Positions 18,938-28,306 of a stretch of 64,000 nucleotides of DNA are shown piece by piece; position 1 is the first letter of the stretch, and every line of letters begins with the position of its first letter. The stretch is from the IMG/VR virus record IMGVR_UViG_3300025400_000011, positions 1 to 64,000 of that record. One strand, given 5' to 3'. Below the pieces are notes generated by a model, which saw only the letters and a program-made list of their open reading frames with translations, was not told the origin of the DNA and ran no database searches. Position numbers and translations under genes: made by a program. The DNA comes from a virus.

Positions 18938-21271
18938 TTATTGTAATAACTCTTGGAAGTTCTGAGATGTCTTAGTAGCATAGAAGTTTACTAAGATAAA
19001 CTCTGCAGTACGAACTGGTTTAATGTAGATATCTACTACAAGTGAGTTGTCATCAACAACACTAGGTGTGTTGTTAGTAGAGTTACATACGATTAAGTAG
19101 TCGTAAATGCCTTGAGTATTCTTAGCTAACTTAAATACGGGGTCGATTGTGTTTACTAAGCGATTCTGTGTAAATGTTGTGTTTGGTTCAAATACAAAGC
19201 TTCTGCTTGTATTAAGAACTGATTTCTCTAAGAAGAGGAATAAACGACGAACATTAATACGATCAAATGCACTTGGTGTAGCTAATAATGTCTTTTGACC
19301 TTGTATTGAGAAGCCAGAACCAGGGAAGTTTACTACTGGGTTAACCGAGATCTTATAAAGTAAATCGCGTTGTTTTTGATTTGGGTTAACAGCAATGTCA
19401 ACAATACCGTTAATAACACCACGACTTAAACCAGCTGGTGCAGCCCATGGATAAGCAACTGAATCGTTAGTTGTGTATAACGCAGAAGCAAAACCAGAGA
19501 ATGGTAACCATGTTGGCTTGTTAGTAAATGAATCTTGTATTAAGACCCAGTTACCATAAGTTGCAGCATAACTTGAGTTTGTACCAGAATAAAGATTACG
19601 TAAAGGCCAGTAAACGTTTTGTGAGAAGTTCTTAGACTTGTCGCTTAATATTTTATAGTTAATACCTTGTACAAATACTTGACGTAATGGGTCAGAAATA
19701 AAGATACAATCTTTACGAGTATTTGTTGTGAAGTTAACGAACTTGCTTGTAATGTTGCTCCAAGCTATTGTATAAGGATTTGCTGAAGCATTATAAGTAC
19801 CATCTGACTTTGATAAGTTAGTTAAAGCAGCTTGTACAGTTGTATCAAATAATGTATCGTCAAATGTGCCGGAAAGTTGGCAAGTACCGCCTGCAATAGT
19901 TGAAAGACCTGCATCAACTACAACGTCAATGTTTACTGTATCAGCATTTGCAGCTAGCTCTAAAGCATTGTCTAACTTTGCACCAATATCACCGATAACT
20001 TTGTTATTAGTTGTATCTAATGTAGGAGCATAAACACCTAATGGGAATAACTTATCAGCTACCTGCCACCCTTTTGTAGCTAGTGAAGCTTCAGTTGAGT
20101 AAAGATCTGTATTAATAACTCTTACTGATTTTTGTGCATTACCGTTATTGTCTAACCAAGTAAGTTGGTTTGAAATATTTGGGTTAACGTAAACTGTTAA
20201 GTTCTTTGAAGCGTTGTTAACAACTGTCTGTATAAAGTCGTTCTTAGGAGCACCACCGTTAACATCTTGTACAGTACGGTTAGAATAGAACGATGTTGCG
20301 TAACCTTCTACTAAGTTATAAGTTAACTGTAATGGGTTAGCAGCAAAAGGTGAAGTCTTGATCTTAAATAGTGATAAGATACCTAAATCGTTAAACTCGT
20401 TGCTTGTACCGTTAATGTTAGCAATATCGTATGAAGGAATATTTTCAACAATATGAGAAAGACTTACATTAGGGTCTGTATTTGTAGCAGATAACTGGAA
20501 GTCTAAACGGCTACTTGGTATAACTTGATACTGATGGGTACCAGTACCTACTGTTGGGTCAAAGTATGTTGTATCGCTTACAATAGTATAGATGTTGTTG
20601 ATTTCGTTAAAATTAGATGTAGGATTTAAACCTGTGTTATCTGCTAAGTTAACGTATAAACCTTCAAACTTTTCATTAATGGTTGTTTGAGCTTCGTTAA
20701 GCACAATCATACCTACACCGTTGCTGTTTAAATCTGAGAACTGATGTATTGTTGGGCATGAACCCCCACCAAGTGCTGACCATTGTACTGTGTTTTGCTT
20801 TAACTGAGTGTATTCAGATTGAGTTAAAGTAATAAGAGAAGGGGCACCGAAGTAATATGTTGAAGCTGCTGAAAGAGCTAATGTACCACCTGCACCAGTT
20901 GCTGTCGATACTGATTCACCTGCTGAAAGAGGTAATACTGGAAATACTAAAGCACTATACTTGTTAGAAACGTAACCCTCACCCATATCATCACCATAAG
21001 GTAAACGATAGACGTTTACTTGTGCGTTTGTACCACCTGTAAACTGTTGTTGTACGGAATAATAGAAATAACGTTCAGCTGCATTAGTTGGTGTACCAAA
21101 AATATTTTGGAAATCGTTACCAGATGTTAATGTTAAAATCTCATTAGCTGGTCCTTGAGCTGCAAACCCTGCGATAAATACGCTAGTTCCGTTTGGAGCT
21201 GTTGTTGTTTGGCTTAGATCTATCTCATTAATCTGTACACCAGGGGATTGTATTGAACGTAAAGTTGCCAT
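18938..21271 (-). CDS. Contractile tail sheath protein (gp18-like)
   Basis: SPGVQINEID N-terminus, PWAAPAG..RG, QKTL....SAFDRINVRRLFL, FEPN and DIYIKPVRTAEFI. Confidence 0.95.
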   Translation of the reverse strand: MATLRSIQSPGVQINEIDLSQTTTAPNGTSVFIAGFAAQGPANEILTLTSGNDFQNIFGTPTNAAERYFYYSVQQQFTGGTNAQVNVYRLPYGDDMGEGYVSNKYSALVFPVLPLSAGESVSTATGAGGTLALSAASTYYFGAPSLITLTQSEYTQLKQNTVQWSALGGGSCPTIHQFSDLNSNGVGMIVLNEAQTTINEKFEGLYVNLADNTGLNPTSNFNEINNIYTIVSDTTYFDPTVGTGTHQYQVIPSSRLDFQLSATNTDPNVSLSHIVENIPSYDIANINGTSNEFNDLGILSLFKIKTSPFAANPLQLTYNLVEGYATSFYSNRTVQDVNGGAPKNDFIQTVVNNASKNLTVYVNPNISNQLTWLDNNGNAQKSVRVINTDLYSTEASLATKGWQVADKLFPLGVYAPTLDTTNNKVIGDIGAKLDNALELAANADTVNIDVVVDAGLSTIAGGTCQLSGTFDDTLFDTTVQAALTNLSKSDGTYNASANPYTIAWSNITSKFVNFTTNTRKDCIFISDPLRQVFVQGINYKILSDKSKNFSQNVYWPLRNLYSGTNSSYAATYGNWVLIQDSFTNKPTWLPFSGFASALYTTNDSVAYPWAAPAGLSRGVINGIVDIAVNPNQKQRDLLYKISVNPVVNFPGSGFSIQGQKTLLATPSAFDRINVRRLFLFLEKSVLNTSRSFVFEPNTTFTQNRLVNTIDPVFKLAKNTQGIYDYLIVCNSTNNTPSVVDDNSLVVDIYIKPVRTAEFILVNFYATKTSQNFQELLQ

Positions 21272-21321
21272 AGTAGTATTTACTATTATTTAGGCTTTTC
21301 CGCGAGAAAACCTCGCAAGTT

Positions 21322-21960
21322 TTAGAGTAATTCTGCTGTTAGCTGACTGAATGAGAACGAGAACGAAGCCTCTAACTGGTCAGGATCTCTATAATTATAA
21401 GCTATGCCTGTTAGACTTGTTATGTATGCTTTGAAGTAAGTCCAACGGATTTTCTTATTGTTGTATTCATCAAGACCTTCAACAACGATGGTAGTTTGGT
21501 ATGGTTGTAGATTTGTTAAGCCTTGATACCTCGTCAAACCATCTGCTGTTCCGTAACCGAGTTGTGTTAAGTTATCTGGATCTAGTGTGCTTGTTTGAGC
21601 ACCGTTTATATAATCCAACCATTTCCATAAAACCCACCAGTTATTGAATCCGTTATCAACTGTAAAGTTTATAGTAATGTCTTGGTACTTTTCACGTTTA
21701 CCTGATGTAACACTTAAAGATTGACCAGCAAAAGGTAAATCAGCTGAGTTAATAGTAGTTTGTGGTACCACAGTACCGTAAACCGAATACTGTAAAGAAT
21801 CCAATGATACCTTTTCTGAGTTTCTACCTTGTGGGTCTAATATATTAAGCTGTTTTAATGAATCTGGTAGATTCAGAGTTAACAAGAATTTATCTTTTCT
21901 ACTCTTATTAAGAATAGATTGCTGAGGTACTGCAGTTGGGTTTATTGAAGGTAGGCTCAT
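21322..21960 (-). CDS. Tail completion/terminator-like tube-fold protein (gp3-like)
   Basis: LN....DKFLL, TINFTVDNGFNNW..LWKW, TSL.GI.YNY..., ASFSFSF. Located upstream of the sheath gene. Confidence 0.6.
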   Translation of the reverse strand: MSLPSINPTAVPQQSILNKSRKDKFLLTLNLPDSLKQLNILDPQGRNSEKVSLDSLQYSVYGTVVPQTTINSADLPFAGQSLSVTSGKREKYQDITINFTVDNGFNNWWVLWKWLDYINGAQTSTLDPDNLTQLGYGTADGLTRYQGLTNLQPYQTTIVVEGLDEYNNKKIRWTYFKAYITSLTGIAYNYRDPDQLEASFSFSFSQLTAELL

Positions 21961-23039
21961 TTTTTGTGGACGTAATACCTATTTACTAAAGGATCTAGAC
22001 CTAATACAATACCACTAGTACTAATGCCGCGTGGTTCTTTGTGCACTTTTTCCATACTCAATCCATAATAATAAGCAATAGCTTGTGCGGTTTGAGGTAT
22101 GATATATGTCTTACCTTTTGTTTTCTTTTTTAAGTTTTCTATTTCTTTAAAAGGTGACTCTGGTTCTCTATGTACTTTAGCAATAGGACTCAACGAACCT
22201 TTCGTATTTGGGTTAGTTATTTTTCTTGCACCGTTAAGACTCATACCGTCTTTTTGTGCATGGTTAGGACCTCTACTACCTTTACCGCCTGGTGCCATAC
22301 TAAACCCACCCATAAACGTTTTAAAGTTACCACCTTTAGTTTCTTGTTTTAAAGACAACTCACTATCTTTTTTGTTTATCACTCCCTGTAAAAGTCTTTC
22401 TATATCACCAGCACGTCTTAGTTCTTTATATGCTAAGTTTTCTACAGAGAACTCTCCAGCACGTTCAAGTCCGGCAGCTCTTGTTTTTAATATTTTATCT
22501 TTTATATTCTCTGCACACTCTACATCACACTTGTCGCTTAAAGCATGTTCAATAGAACTACGCATTGCTTCTACTTTAGCTATAACCTCCTTTTCATTAG
22601 CTGGTTTAACCTTACTTGGTGCAACCAACCAACTATCATCTTTTATAGAGTATACACCAGTAGCGTAATGTTTTTCGTTCCTGTCTTGTATATAAGCTTC
22701 TACATCATAGCCTTTTATTTTAATGCTGTGGGCACTATTCCATACCGTTCTTTTTGCTTTAAAATAATCTTTAAGAAGTTCTTTATCTTGTTTATATAGA
22801 TCAAGATCGGTAATAATGTGTAAATCAATATCACTATAAGGGGTGTAGTTATAGTTAGCTAAAGAACCGGTAAATGTTATATCTTCCACATCTACTGTCA
22901 GTTCTATAGACTCTAAAAATGCTTCGGCGACTTCTAATAGTTTTTCTTTTATTTCAGGTCTAAGCTTACCATGTTCCCATATCTCTGGATTGAGTTTATC
23001 ATGATATTCTAAAGTAAGCCTGTTCTCTAAAGGTAACAT
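21957..23039 (-). CDS. Pol-beta-superfamily nucleotidyltransferase
   Basis: FTGSLANYNYTPYSDIDLHI (GS...DxD) and third-acid motif YDVEAY. ATG 23039 preferred as start. Confidence 0.75.
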   Translation of the reverse strand: MLPLENRLTLEYHDKLNPEIWEHGKLRPEIKEKLLEVAEAFLESIELTVDVEDITFTGSLANYNYTPYSDIDLHIITDLDLYKQDKELLKDYFKAKRTVWNSAHSIKIKGYDVEAYIQDRNEKHYATGVYSIKDDSWLVAPSKVKPANEKEVIAKVEAMRSSIEHALSDKCDVECAENIKDKILKTRAAGLERAGEFSVENLAYKELRRAGDIERLLQGVINKKDSELSLKQETKGGNFKTFMGGFSMAPGGKGSRGPNHAQKDGMSLNGARKITNPNTKGSLSPIAKVHREPESPFKEIENLKKKTKGKTYIIPQTAQAIAYYYGLSMEKVHKEPRGISTSGIVLGLDPLVNRYYVHKK

Positions 23040-23055
23040 ATTATACAAATATTTA

Positions 23056-23664
23056 CTATGTTGTAAGCTCTTCTTCTATAGCAGCTAAAATCGTATTATT
23101 ACCCTTTTCTGAAAAATGATTGATAATTCCTCTTTCTTTTTTGAATAACTCACAAAAGTTTAATACTTTATCTTCTTTAATAAACTTATCTAGTATATCA
23201 AGATTGGATACTACTAAGACTTTTTTATTTTTTAGAATATAGTTAATCTCTTTTCTTAATAATGCATATGTTGTTTCGTAATAATCTTTATCGTAATGTT
23301 GTAAAAAGAAGTTATAAGCTGCTTTTAACGAACGATTGAACAGATTAACCAACTTATTATTATGATACTCTATATCTGTAAAAATTAAATCTGCGTCTTT
23401 ATGTAAACTATCTTTACTATGTACGGGGTGCTTTACAGTCGGGACCCTATATGGACTGGTATGAGATATTATAACCCAGTCAAATGTTTCTAAGTTTTTT
23501 ACAGCTAATAACTGTTTGTATATTTTATACTCACTGACTCCTGCTTGGGCAATATTAGTCACGTCGTGTTTTTTAGCCAATAAAGTAGGCCAGCCTGAAT
23601 AGCTTTTATATTTAACAGACCAATCTGCAGCAAAACTATCACCGAGTATTAAGATCTTACTCAT
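23056..23664 (-). CDS. SGNH/GDSL-like hydrolase
   Basis: ILGDSF block I, NIAQAGVS block II and C-terminal NHFSEKGN. TAATG coupling at 23664. Confidence 0.7.
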   Translation of the reverse strand: MSKILILGDSFAADWSVKYKSYSGWPTLLAKKHDVTNIAQAGVSEYKIYKQLLAVKNLETFDWVIISHTSPYRVPTVKHPVHSKDSLHKDADLIFTDIEYHNNKLVNLFNRSLKAAYNFFLQHYDKDYYETTYALLRKEINYILKNKKVLVVSNLDILDKFIKEDKVLNFCELFKKERGIINHFSEKGNNTILAAIEEELTT

Positions 23665-24356
23665 TAAGCTCTCCAAGAGATCTTTTTCTGGCTATCTGTA
23701 GGAATACCTAAGAAAGCACATTTCCAATCTCCTTGTGCAAATAAATCTAAATGCGCCCATTGCTCTTTACGTTTTAGCATTTGTTTTGCTACATCGTTCC
23801 AATCAGTAGTTAAGAATATGTTTTCTACTCTTTCTCTTCTAGCTTCAATATCGTCAAAAAAGAACTCATCGTGCTCATAATGTATTACTTCCATTACGTT
23901 ACCTTCCCTGTCTGCATAATCTACTGAAAAATCTATACCCCACTTCGGTCTCAACTTAATAAGCTTGTATAGTTGTACATTATAAGATACCCACTCATTG
24001 AGTTGTTCTAATGCACCCTTAGCAAACGCTCTACGTTCAAACAATAAACTATGGTTCAAATAAGCACCTTCAAATGGTGTTTCTGCTCCTTCTAACGGTA
24101 CTGGATCCTTAACTATCCACGGCCTTTTTAAACAAGTTTGATCTTCATAATGTTTAGAGAGTTCTTCTCCACTAGCATCTGCAAAATACTGTTCAAGAGT
24201 AGTCATCACATAACCTTCTTGATCAAACAACTCTAAAAGTTCTGGACCAGGGTAAATAACCTGACCACCCGCTGTAGGAAACTTAATAAAGGCTTTTAAA
24301 GGTGTTTCCCAATAACCCACTGGATTAAACTTATTACCTGATAGCTTTATGTTCAT
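23664..24356 (-). CDS. Hypothetical protein
   Basis: 230-aa ORF with TAAGTT 6 nt upstream. No family recognised. Confidence 0.65.
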   Translation of the reverse strand: MNIKLSGNKFNPVGYWETPLKAFIKFPTAGGQVIYPGPELLELFDQEGYVMTTLEQYFADASGEELSKHYEDQTCLKRPWIVKDPVPLEGAETPFEGAYLNHSLLFERRAFAKGALEQLNEWVSYNVQLYKLIKLRPKWGIDFSVDYADREGNVMEVIHYEHDEFFFDDIEARRERVENIFLTTDWNDVAKQMLKRKEQWAHLDLFAQGDWKCAFLGIPTDSQKKISWRA

Positions 24357-24404
24357 GAAAATAACTTACCAGTGTATATTGGTATATCCATAGTAAGTAT
24401 TAAT

Positions 24405-26198
24405 ATGCCAAAAGCACCCAGAGAGTCTTTTTATTTAGGTAATAAAAACTTACCTGTGCCGGAGACTCAGTTTAACTGGACACCGGAAATGGTGGAAGAC
24501 TTGGAGCGTGCACGCAAGTCTATATTACACTTTTCTCGCTTTTTTTATATTGTTAATCTTGATGAAGGTAAACAACCTATCAAACTTTATACATACCAAA
24601 AACGTATATTAAAAGCCCTGGTAGAAAACAGATTTAACGTTGTACTAGCTTCTAGACAGATTGGTAAAACGACCATCTTAACTATATTTGCTTTGTGGAT
24701 GGTTTGCTTTAATGATGACTTTCGAGTACTGTTAATTGCAAATAAAGAAACAACTGCTATTAATATTTTTAAACGTATTCGTTTAGCATACGAAATGTTG
24801 CCAAACTATATGAAACCTGGCGTAATAGAGTATGCTAAAACAGGTTTAGTATTAGCAAATGGTTCTTCCATTGGTATTAGTACCACCACATCTGATGCTG
24901 CCAGAGGTGAATCTATTAACTGTCTACTCATTGACGAAGCTGCATTTATTCCGCCAGAGTTTATGGACGACTTTTGGGAATCAGTATTTCCTGTTATTTC
25001 TTCATCTAAAAAGTCTAAAATTTTTATGCTATCTACACCTAACGGTGTAGGTAATCTTTTCTTTAACACATATACTGATGCTATTGCAAATAAAAATGGT
25101 TGGCACGCTGAACGAGTAGATTGGTGGGAGGTTCCAGGTAGAGATGAACAATGGAAAGAACAAACTGCTAGAGCACTAGGTTCAGTGGAAGCTTTTAATC
25201 AAGAATACGGTAATGAGTTTAGAGCGGCTGGTGAAAACATTTTCGATAAAAACCAGCTAGATGAACTCATTGCTAGTGCACCTGAACCAATATATGAAGA
25301 TGATGATGGTAACTTTAAAATATATAAAGACCACATTGACGGGCATTACTATAGTATAGGGGTTGACGTTGGAGAAGGTATAGGTAGAGCTAACTCTGTT
25401 ATACAAATAGTGGATGTAACAGATTTAACTAACATAGAACAAGTAGCTACATACTCTAATAATAAACTGGACCCATTTAACTTTGCTGGGAAGCTCGTAG
25501 AAATAGCCGGTCAATGGGGTAACCCGCCATTATTAGTAGAACGCAACAACTGCGGTGCTTCAGTAGTAGATGCACTAGTCAATACTCATCAGTATCCTAA
25601 TATAGTAAAGTATACCCCAAGTATGGGTTCGTTCACTGAAAAGGTAGAGAAGGATAATCGTTTAGGTGTCTATTCTCATACCAATAGTAAGTTTAACTCC
25701 ATGTCCAACTTTAGATACTGGATGAACGTATTAAGGTGTGTTAAGATATACGATAAACCAACTATTGAAGAGTTTAAAACATATATACGTCAAGATAATG
25801 GAGTGTGGAAAAAACAATCAGACAAGTACTTGGATGATAGAGTAGAAGCTCTTATATGGGCAATGTTCATATTAGAGCCTAAAGTAGTCGAACAGTTTTA
25901 TGAAGTAGCTCAGCAAGATGCTAATGGTAAGCCGCTTAAAATGTTACCAAATAACTGGGATCCATTTGTAGTTAGTGCACCAAAGCCTTCTGAAATGTAC
26001 AGAAAGTACGGACAAAAACAAGACGATGGTATTATAGCTCGTAATCCAGTTGTTATTTCTTATCAACAAAATCAAACAAATGCTGATTTGGATGAGCTAT
26101 TTGACCAGGGATGGAGAGTACCAAATGGTAGTCCAGCTGCTGGCATGTTAGATAAGCGTTTCCTTACACCAGTTGGGCACCCTTATAAACGTCCATAA
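24405..26198 (+). CDS. terL: Terminase large subunit (T4 gp17-like; start revised to ATG 24405)
   Basis: YLGNKNL N-terminus, Walker A SRQIGKTT, Walker B LLIDEAAF, STPNG, nuclease GVDVGEG and DDRV. TAAGTA lies 5 nt before ATG 24405. Confidence 0.95.
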   Translation: MPKAPRESFYLGNKNLPVPETQFNWTPEMVEDLERARKSILHFSRFFYIVNLDEGKQPIKLYTYQKRILKALVENRFNVVLASRQIGKTTILTIFALWMVCFNDDFRVLLIANKETTAINIFKRIRLAYEMLPNYMKPGVIEYAKTGLVLANGSSIGISTTTSDAARGESINCLLIDEAAFIPPEFMDDFWESVFPVISSSKKSKIFMLSTPNGVGNLFFNTYTDAIANKNGWHAERVDWWEVPGRDEQWKEQTARALGSVEAFNQEYGNEFRAAGENIFDKNQLDELIASAPEPIYEDDDGNFKIYKDHIDGHYYSIGVDVGEGIGRANSVIQIVDVTDLTNIEQVATYSNNKLDPFNFAGKLVEIAGQWGNPPLLVERNNCGASVVDALVNTHQYPNIVKYTPSMGSFTEKVEKDNRLGVYSHTNSKFNSMSNFRYWMNVLRCVKIYDKPTIEEFKTYIRQDNGVWKKQSDKYLDDRVEALIWAMFILEPKVVEQFYEVAQQDANGKPLKMLPNNWDPFVVSAPKPSEMYRKYGQKQDDGIIARNPVVISYQQNQTNADLDELFDQGWRVPNGSPAAGMLDKRFLTPVGHPYKRP

Positions 26199-26224
26199 AA
26201 AAAGCCCTTATTGCTAAGGGCTTT
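26197..26224. terminator. Rho-independent terminator between convergent genes
   Basis: AAAGCCCTTA-TTGC-TAAGGGCTTT. The T-run is longer on the minus strand (GCAA loop). Confidence 0.8.
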
Positions 26225-26246
26225 GTGAATGTCTATGCCTTAAAAC

Positions 26247-27230
26247 TTATTGTTTAAATAGGCCTTTGCCTGGTTTTAAATCGCTGACTTTATTGTTCTT
26301 ACCGTCGTCGTATTTATCACCTAAAGCTTTTGGCTGAGGAGCTAGATCAATTTTACCTGTATCTGCTTTTTTGTGGGTAGGTTTTACTTCATCGTCACCT
26401 TCAGTTTCGATCTTATGACCGTCTTTAGTAAACTTTGTTTTAACACCGGAACCAACGTTAGCATGTCCTAAATCTTCTGTTTCAACAGCTTCTTCCATTG
26501 GCATGTTGCTTTCTTCTTCTGGACCGCCATCATGTGTGAAAGCTTGGTCTTCATCACCTAAATCACCATGCTCTTTATCATATTCTGTGTCCTTCTTAAG
26601 GAACTTTAAAAGCTTTTCAACCATTTCGATTGCTTCTTCATGTGTGCAGCATGCTTCTTCTTCGCCGCCCATTTCAGGTTCTGTACCCATCGGCTCTTCA
26701 CCAGCAGGTGCATCAGCTACTGGAGTAACTGCTTCTTCTTCACTAATAGGAGCAAAAGTACCGCTATTGATAGCGTCTTCGTATAATTTTTGGAATTTTG
26801 ATTTAGGCATAGTAAAATATTGTTTATTATATTTAGGAGTTCTGGAAGCAGAATCTACGTTCTCTTCCATTTTTTCTGGAGCTTCTTTATTTTCTTCAGC
26901 TGCTTCCATATCCTTTTTTTCTTGTTTCGTTTCCTTTTTAGCTTCTTGCTTTTCTTTAGCTTCACCTTTTTTGAAGCCTTCTGCTGCTTCAGGCCCTGTG
27001 CCTTTAACTAGTTCTTCTTTTTCTTTATCACTACCAAGAGCATTGCCTGTTTTAGGAGCATTTTCATTAAGTCTTTGTTGCTTACTTGATACTGGAATAT
27101 ATCTAGCAGCATCAGTTAAGAGAACTTCAGGCTGATTATTGCCCATCTCAATGACTGGTTGTTTTGCTGCATTTTCTTGTACCATTGAATACAAAGATCC
27201 TAAGTCGGATAGATTCTTAATTTTGCTCAT
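26247..27230 (-). CDS. Acidic, low-complexity protein; candidate prohead core/internal head protein
   Basis: E/K-rich with repeated (L/I/V/M)xE sites (VQE, LNE, MEE, LYE, ISE) like T4 prohead-protease sites. Late motif upstream. Confidence 0.45.
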   Translation of the reverse strand: MSKIKNLSDLGSLYSMVQENAAKQPVIEMGNNQPEVLLTDAARYIPVSSKQQRLNENAPKTGNALGSDKEKEELVKGTGPEAAEGFKKGEAKEKQEAKKETKQEKKDMEAAEENKEAPEKMEENVDSASRTPKYNKQYFTMPKSKFQKLYEDAINSGTFAPISEEEAVTPVADAPAGEEPMGTEPEMGGEEEACCTHEEAIEMVEKLLKFLKKDTEYDKEHGDLGDEDQAFTHDGGPEEESNMPMEEAVETEDLGHANVGSGVKTKFTKDGHKIETEGDDEVKPTHKKADTGKIDLAPQPKALGDKYDDGKNNKVSDLKPGKGLFKQ

Positions 27231-27285
27231 TATAATATTATTTAGTATTCCACTGATTAATTCTATGGTTTTTGTAAATATTTTT

Positions 27286-28293
27286 ATGTCTATAGCTCAG
27301 TATTGTGTTGATACCGGTCCTTATATAGCACCTGGTACTAGTTATCCTGTTGGCACTAATCTACCTGGAGGTTCAGAATGTGCACTAGGGCCTATACGTT
27401 ATTTAGACGTTGCTAACAACCAATATCAAATCCAGTTGTTTAATAACTGGTGGGCAGAGCAGATATCTCAATATGGTATGCAAGTTAACTATTATGTTAA
27501 CCAATATACATTATCTGGACATGACTTTTTCTACGGTGAACAACCTTTAGCTGGTTTCTTACCACCTATACCAATGGTAATGTGCCTAACACTTAATAAT
27601 GATAGTATTATATTGAGTAGGTTTGGTATACAAGGGGATGCTGATATAACTGCTGTTATTTCTATACAAACGTTTACGAACACTTTATCGAGTTCTCCGT
27701 TGAGTGCTATTACGTCTAGATATATATATGAACCTAAAGCAGGAGATCTTATTGAGCTATCCGAATACGGAACAACAAGACCAAATGGTAGATCCGGTCA
27801 AATATTTGAAATAACTGAGCGTGTCGATCAAAAGGGTGGAGATCGTAATCAGTTATTAGGTCATTATATATGGACAGTAAAAGGTAAGCGTTATGACTAC
27901 ACATATGAGCCTCAAGCACCTCGTGAAGCTCTATCTGAACAAGTATACGATAACAAGTTTGATGGATTTGTACCTCTTAATACAGGTACTCCTGGTGAAG
28001 ATGTAAGAGTAATAGAAAATAAAAACTATGCACAAAATATAGACAAATACAGCAGAACTAATAGTTACAACTATTTAACTAATACAAATGCCCCGCTATC
28101 TGGATATGCTAGTTACAGTGGAAATAGCGGCACTGTTGGTAAACCTGATACAGGGGTTTACGGTGCTTATGATGATAGCAGCGTATTAGTAAATCTTTAT
28201 GCAGGCGGTGGAGCTCATACTCCAGGTGCAAGTGCATTAGGAAGTTCTAATAGTCCTGACACTTATCTCGGTCTTCGTAGTCCTAACAACTAA
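27286..28293 (+). CDS. Neck protein (gp14-like; start revised to ATG 27286)
   Basis: EQISQYGMQVNYY, FYGE, LSRFGIQ..D, EPKAGDLI and FEIT motifs. TAAATA lies 5 nt upstream. Confidence 0.75.
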   Translation: MSIAQYCVDTGPYIAPGTSYPVGTNLPGGSECALGPIRYLDVANNQYQIQLFNNWWAEQISQYGMQVNYYVNQYTLSGHDFFYGEQPLAGFLPPIPMVMCLTLNNDSIILSRFGIQGDADITAVISIQTFTNTLSSSPLSAITSRYIYEPKAGDLIELSEYGTTRPNGRSGQIFEITERVDQKGGDRNQLLGHYIWTVKGKRYDYTYEPQAPREALSEQVYDNKFDGFVPLNTGTPGEDVRVIENKNYAQNIDKYSRTNSYNYLTNTNAPLSGYASYSGNSGTVGKPDTGVYGAYDDSSVLVNLYAGGGAHTPGASALGSSNSPDTYLGLRSPNN

Positions 28294-28306
28294 GTAATAG
28301 GATAAT

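Larger units (their letters stand above)
9556..21282 (-). promoter_or_regulatory. Series of TAA[A/G]TA late-promoter-like motifs on the minus strand
   Basis: At 9556-61, 12936-41, 14777-82, 15567-72, 17800-05, 18332-37, 18924-29 and 21277-82, each 5-6 nt upstream of an ATG. Confidence 0.7.

Noticed and set aside
21302-21316. GCGAG/CTCGC hairpin upstream of the sheath gene as a terminator
   Set aside because: Only a 5-bp stem and no U-tract on the coding (minus) strand.
6114-21960. Extracellular contractile injection system or tailocin
   Set aside because: Multiple tube genes resemble eCIS, but the terminase, neck protein and T4-type late promoters indicate a DNA-packaging phage.
2902-27135. 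Antisense ORFs such as 2902, 13237, 13684, 22099 and 26503
   Set aside because: They lie opposite well-supported genes and have the composition expected of reverse-complement shadows.
24372-27285. ORF-track starts at 24372 and 27139 (also 17812, 3729, 23676, 42616, 43271)
   Set aside because: Downstream ATGs fit the promoter spacing or translational coupling and avoid long overlaps, so the starts were revised.
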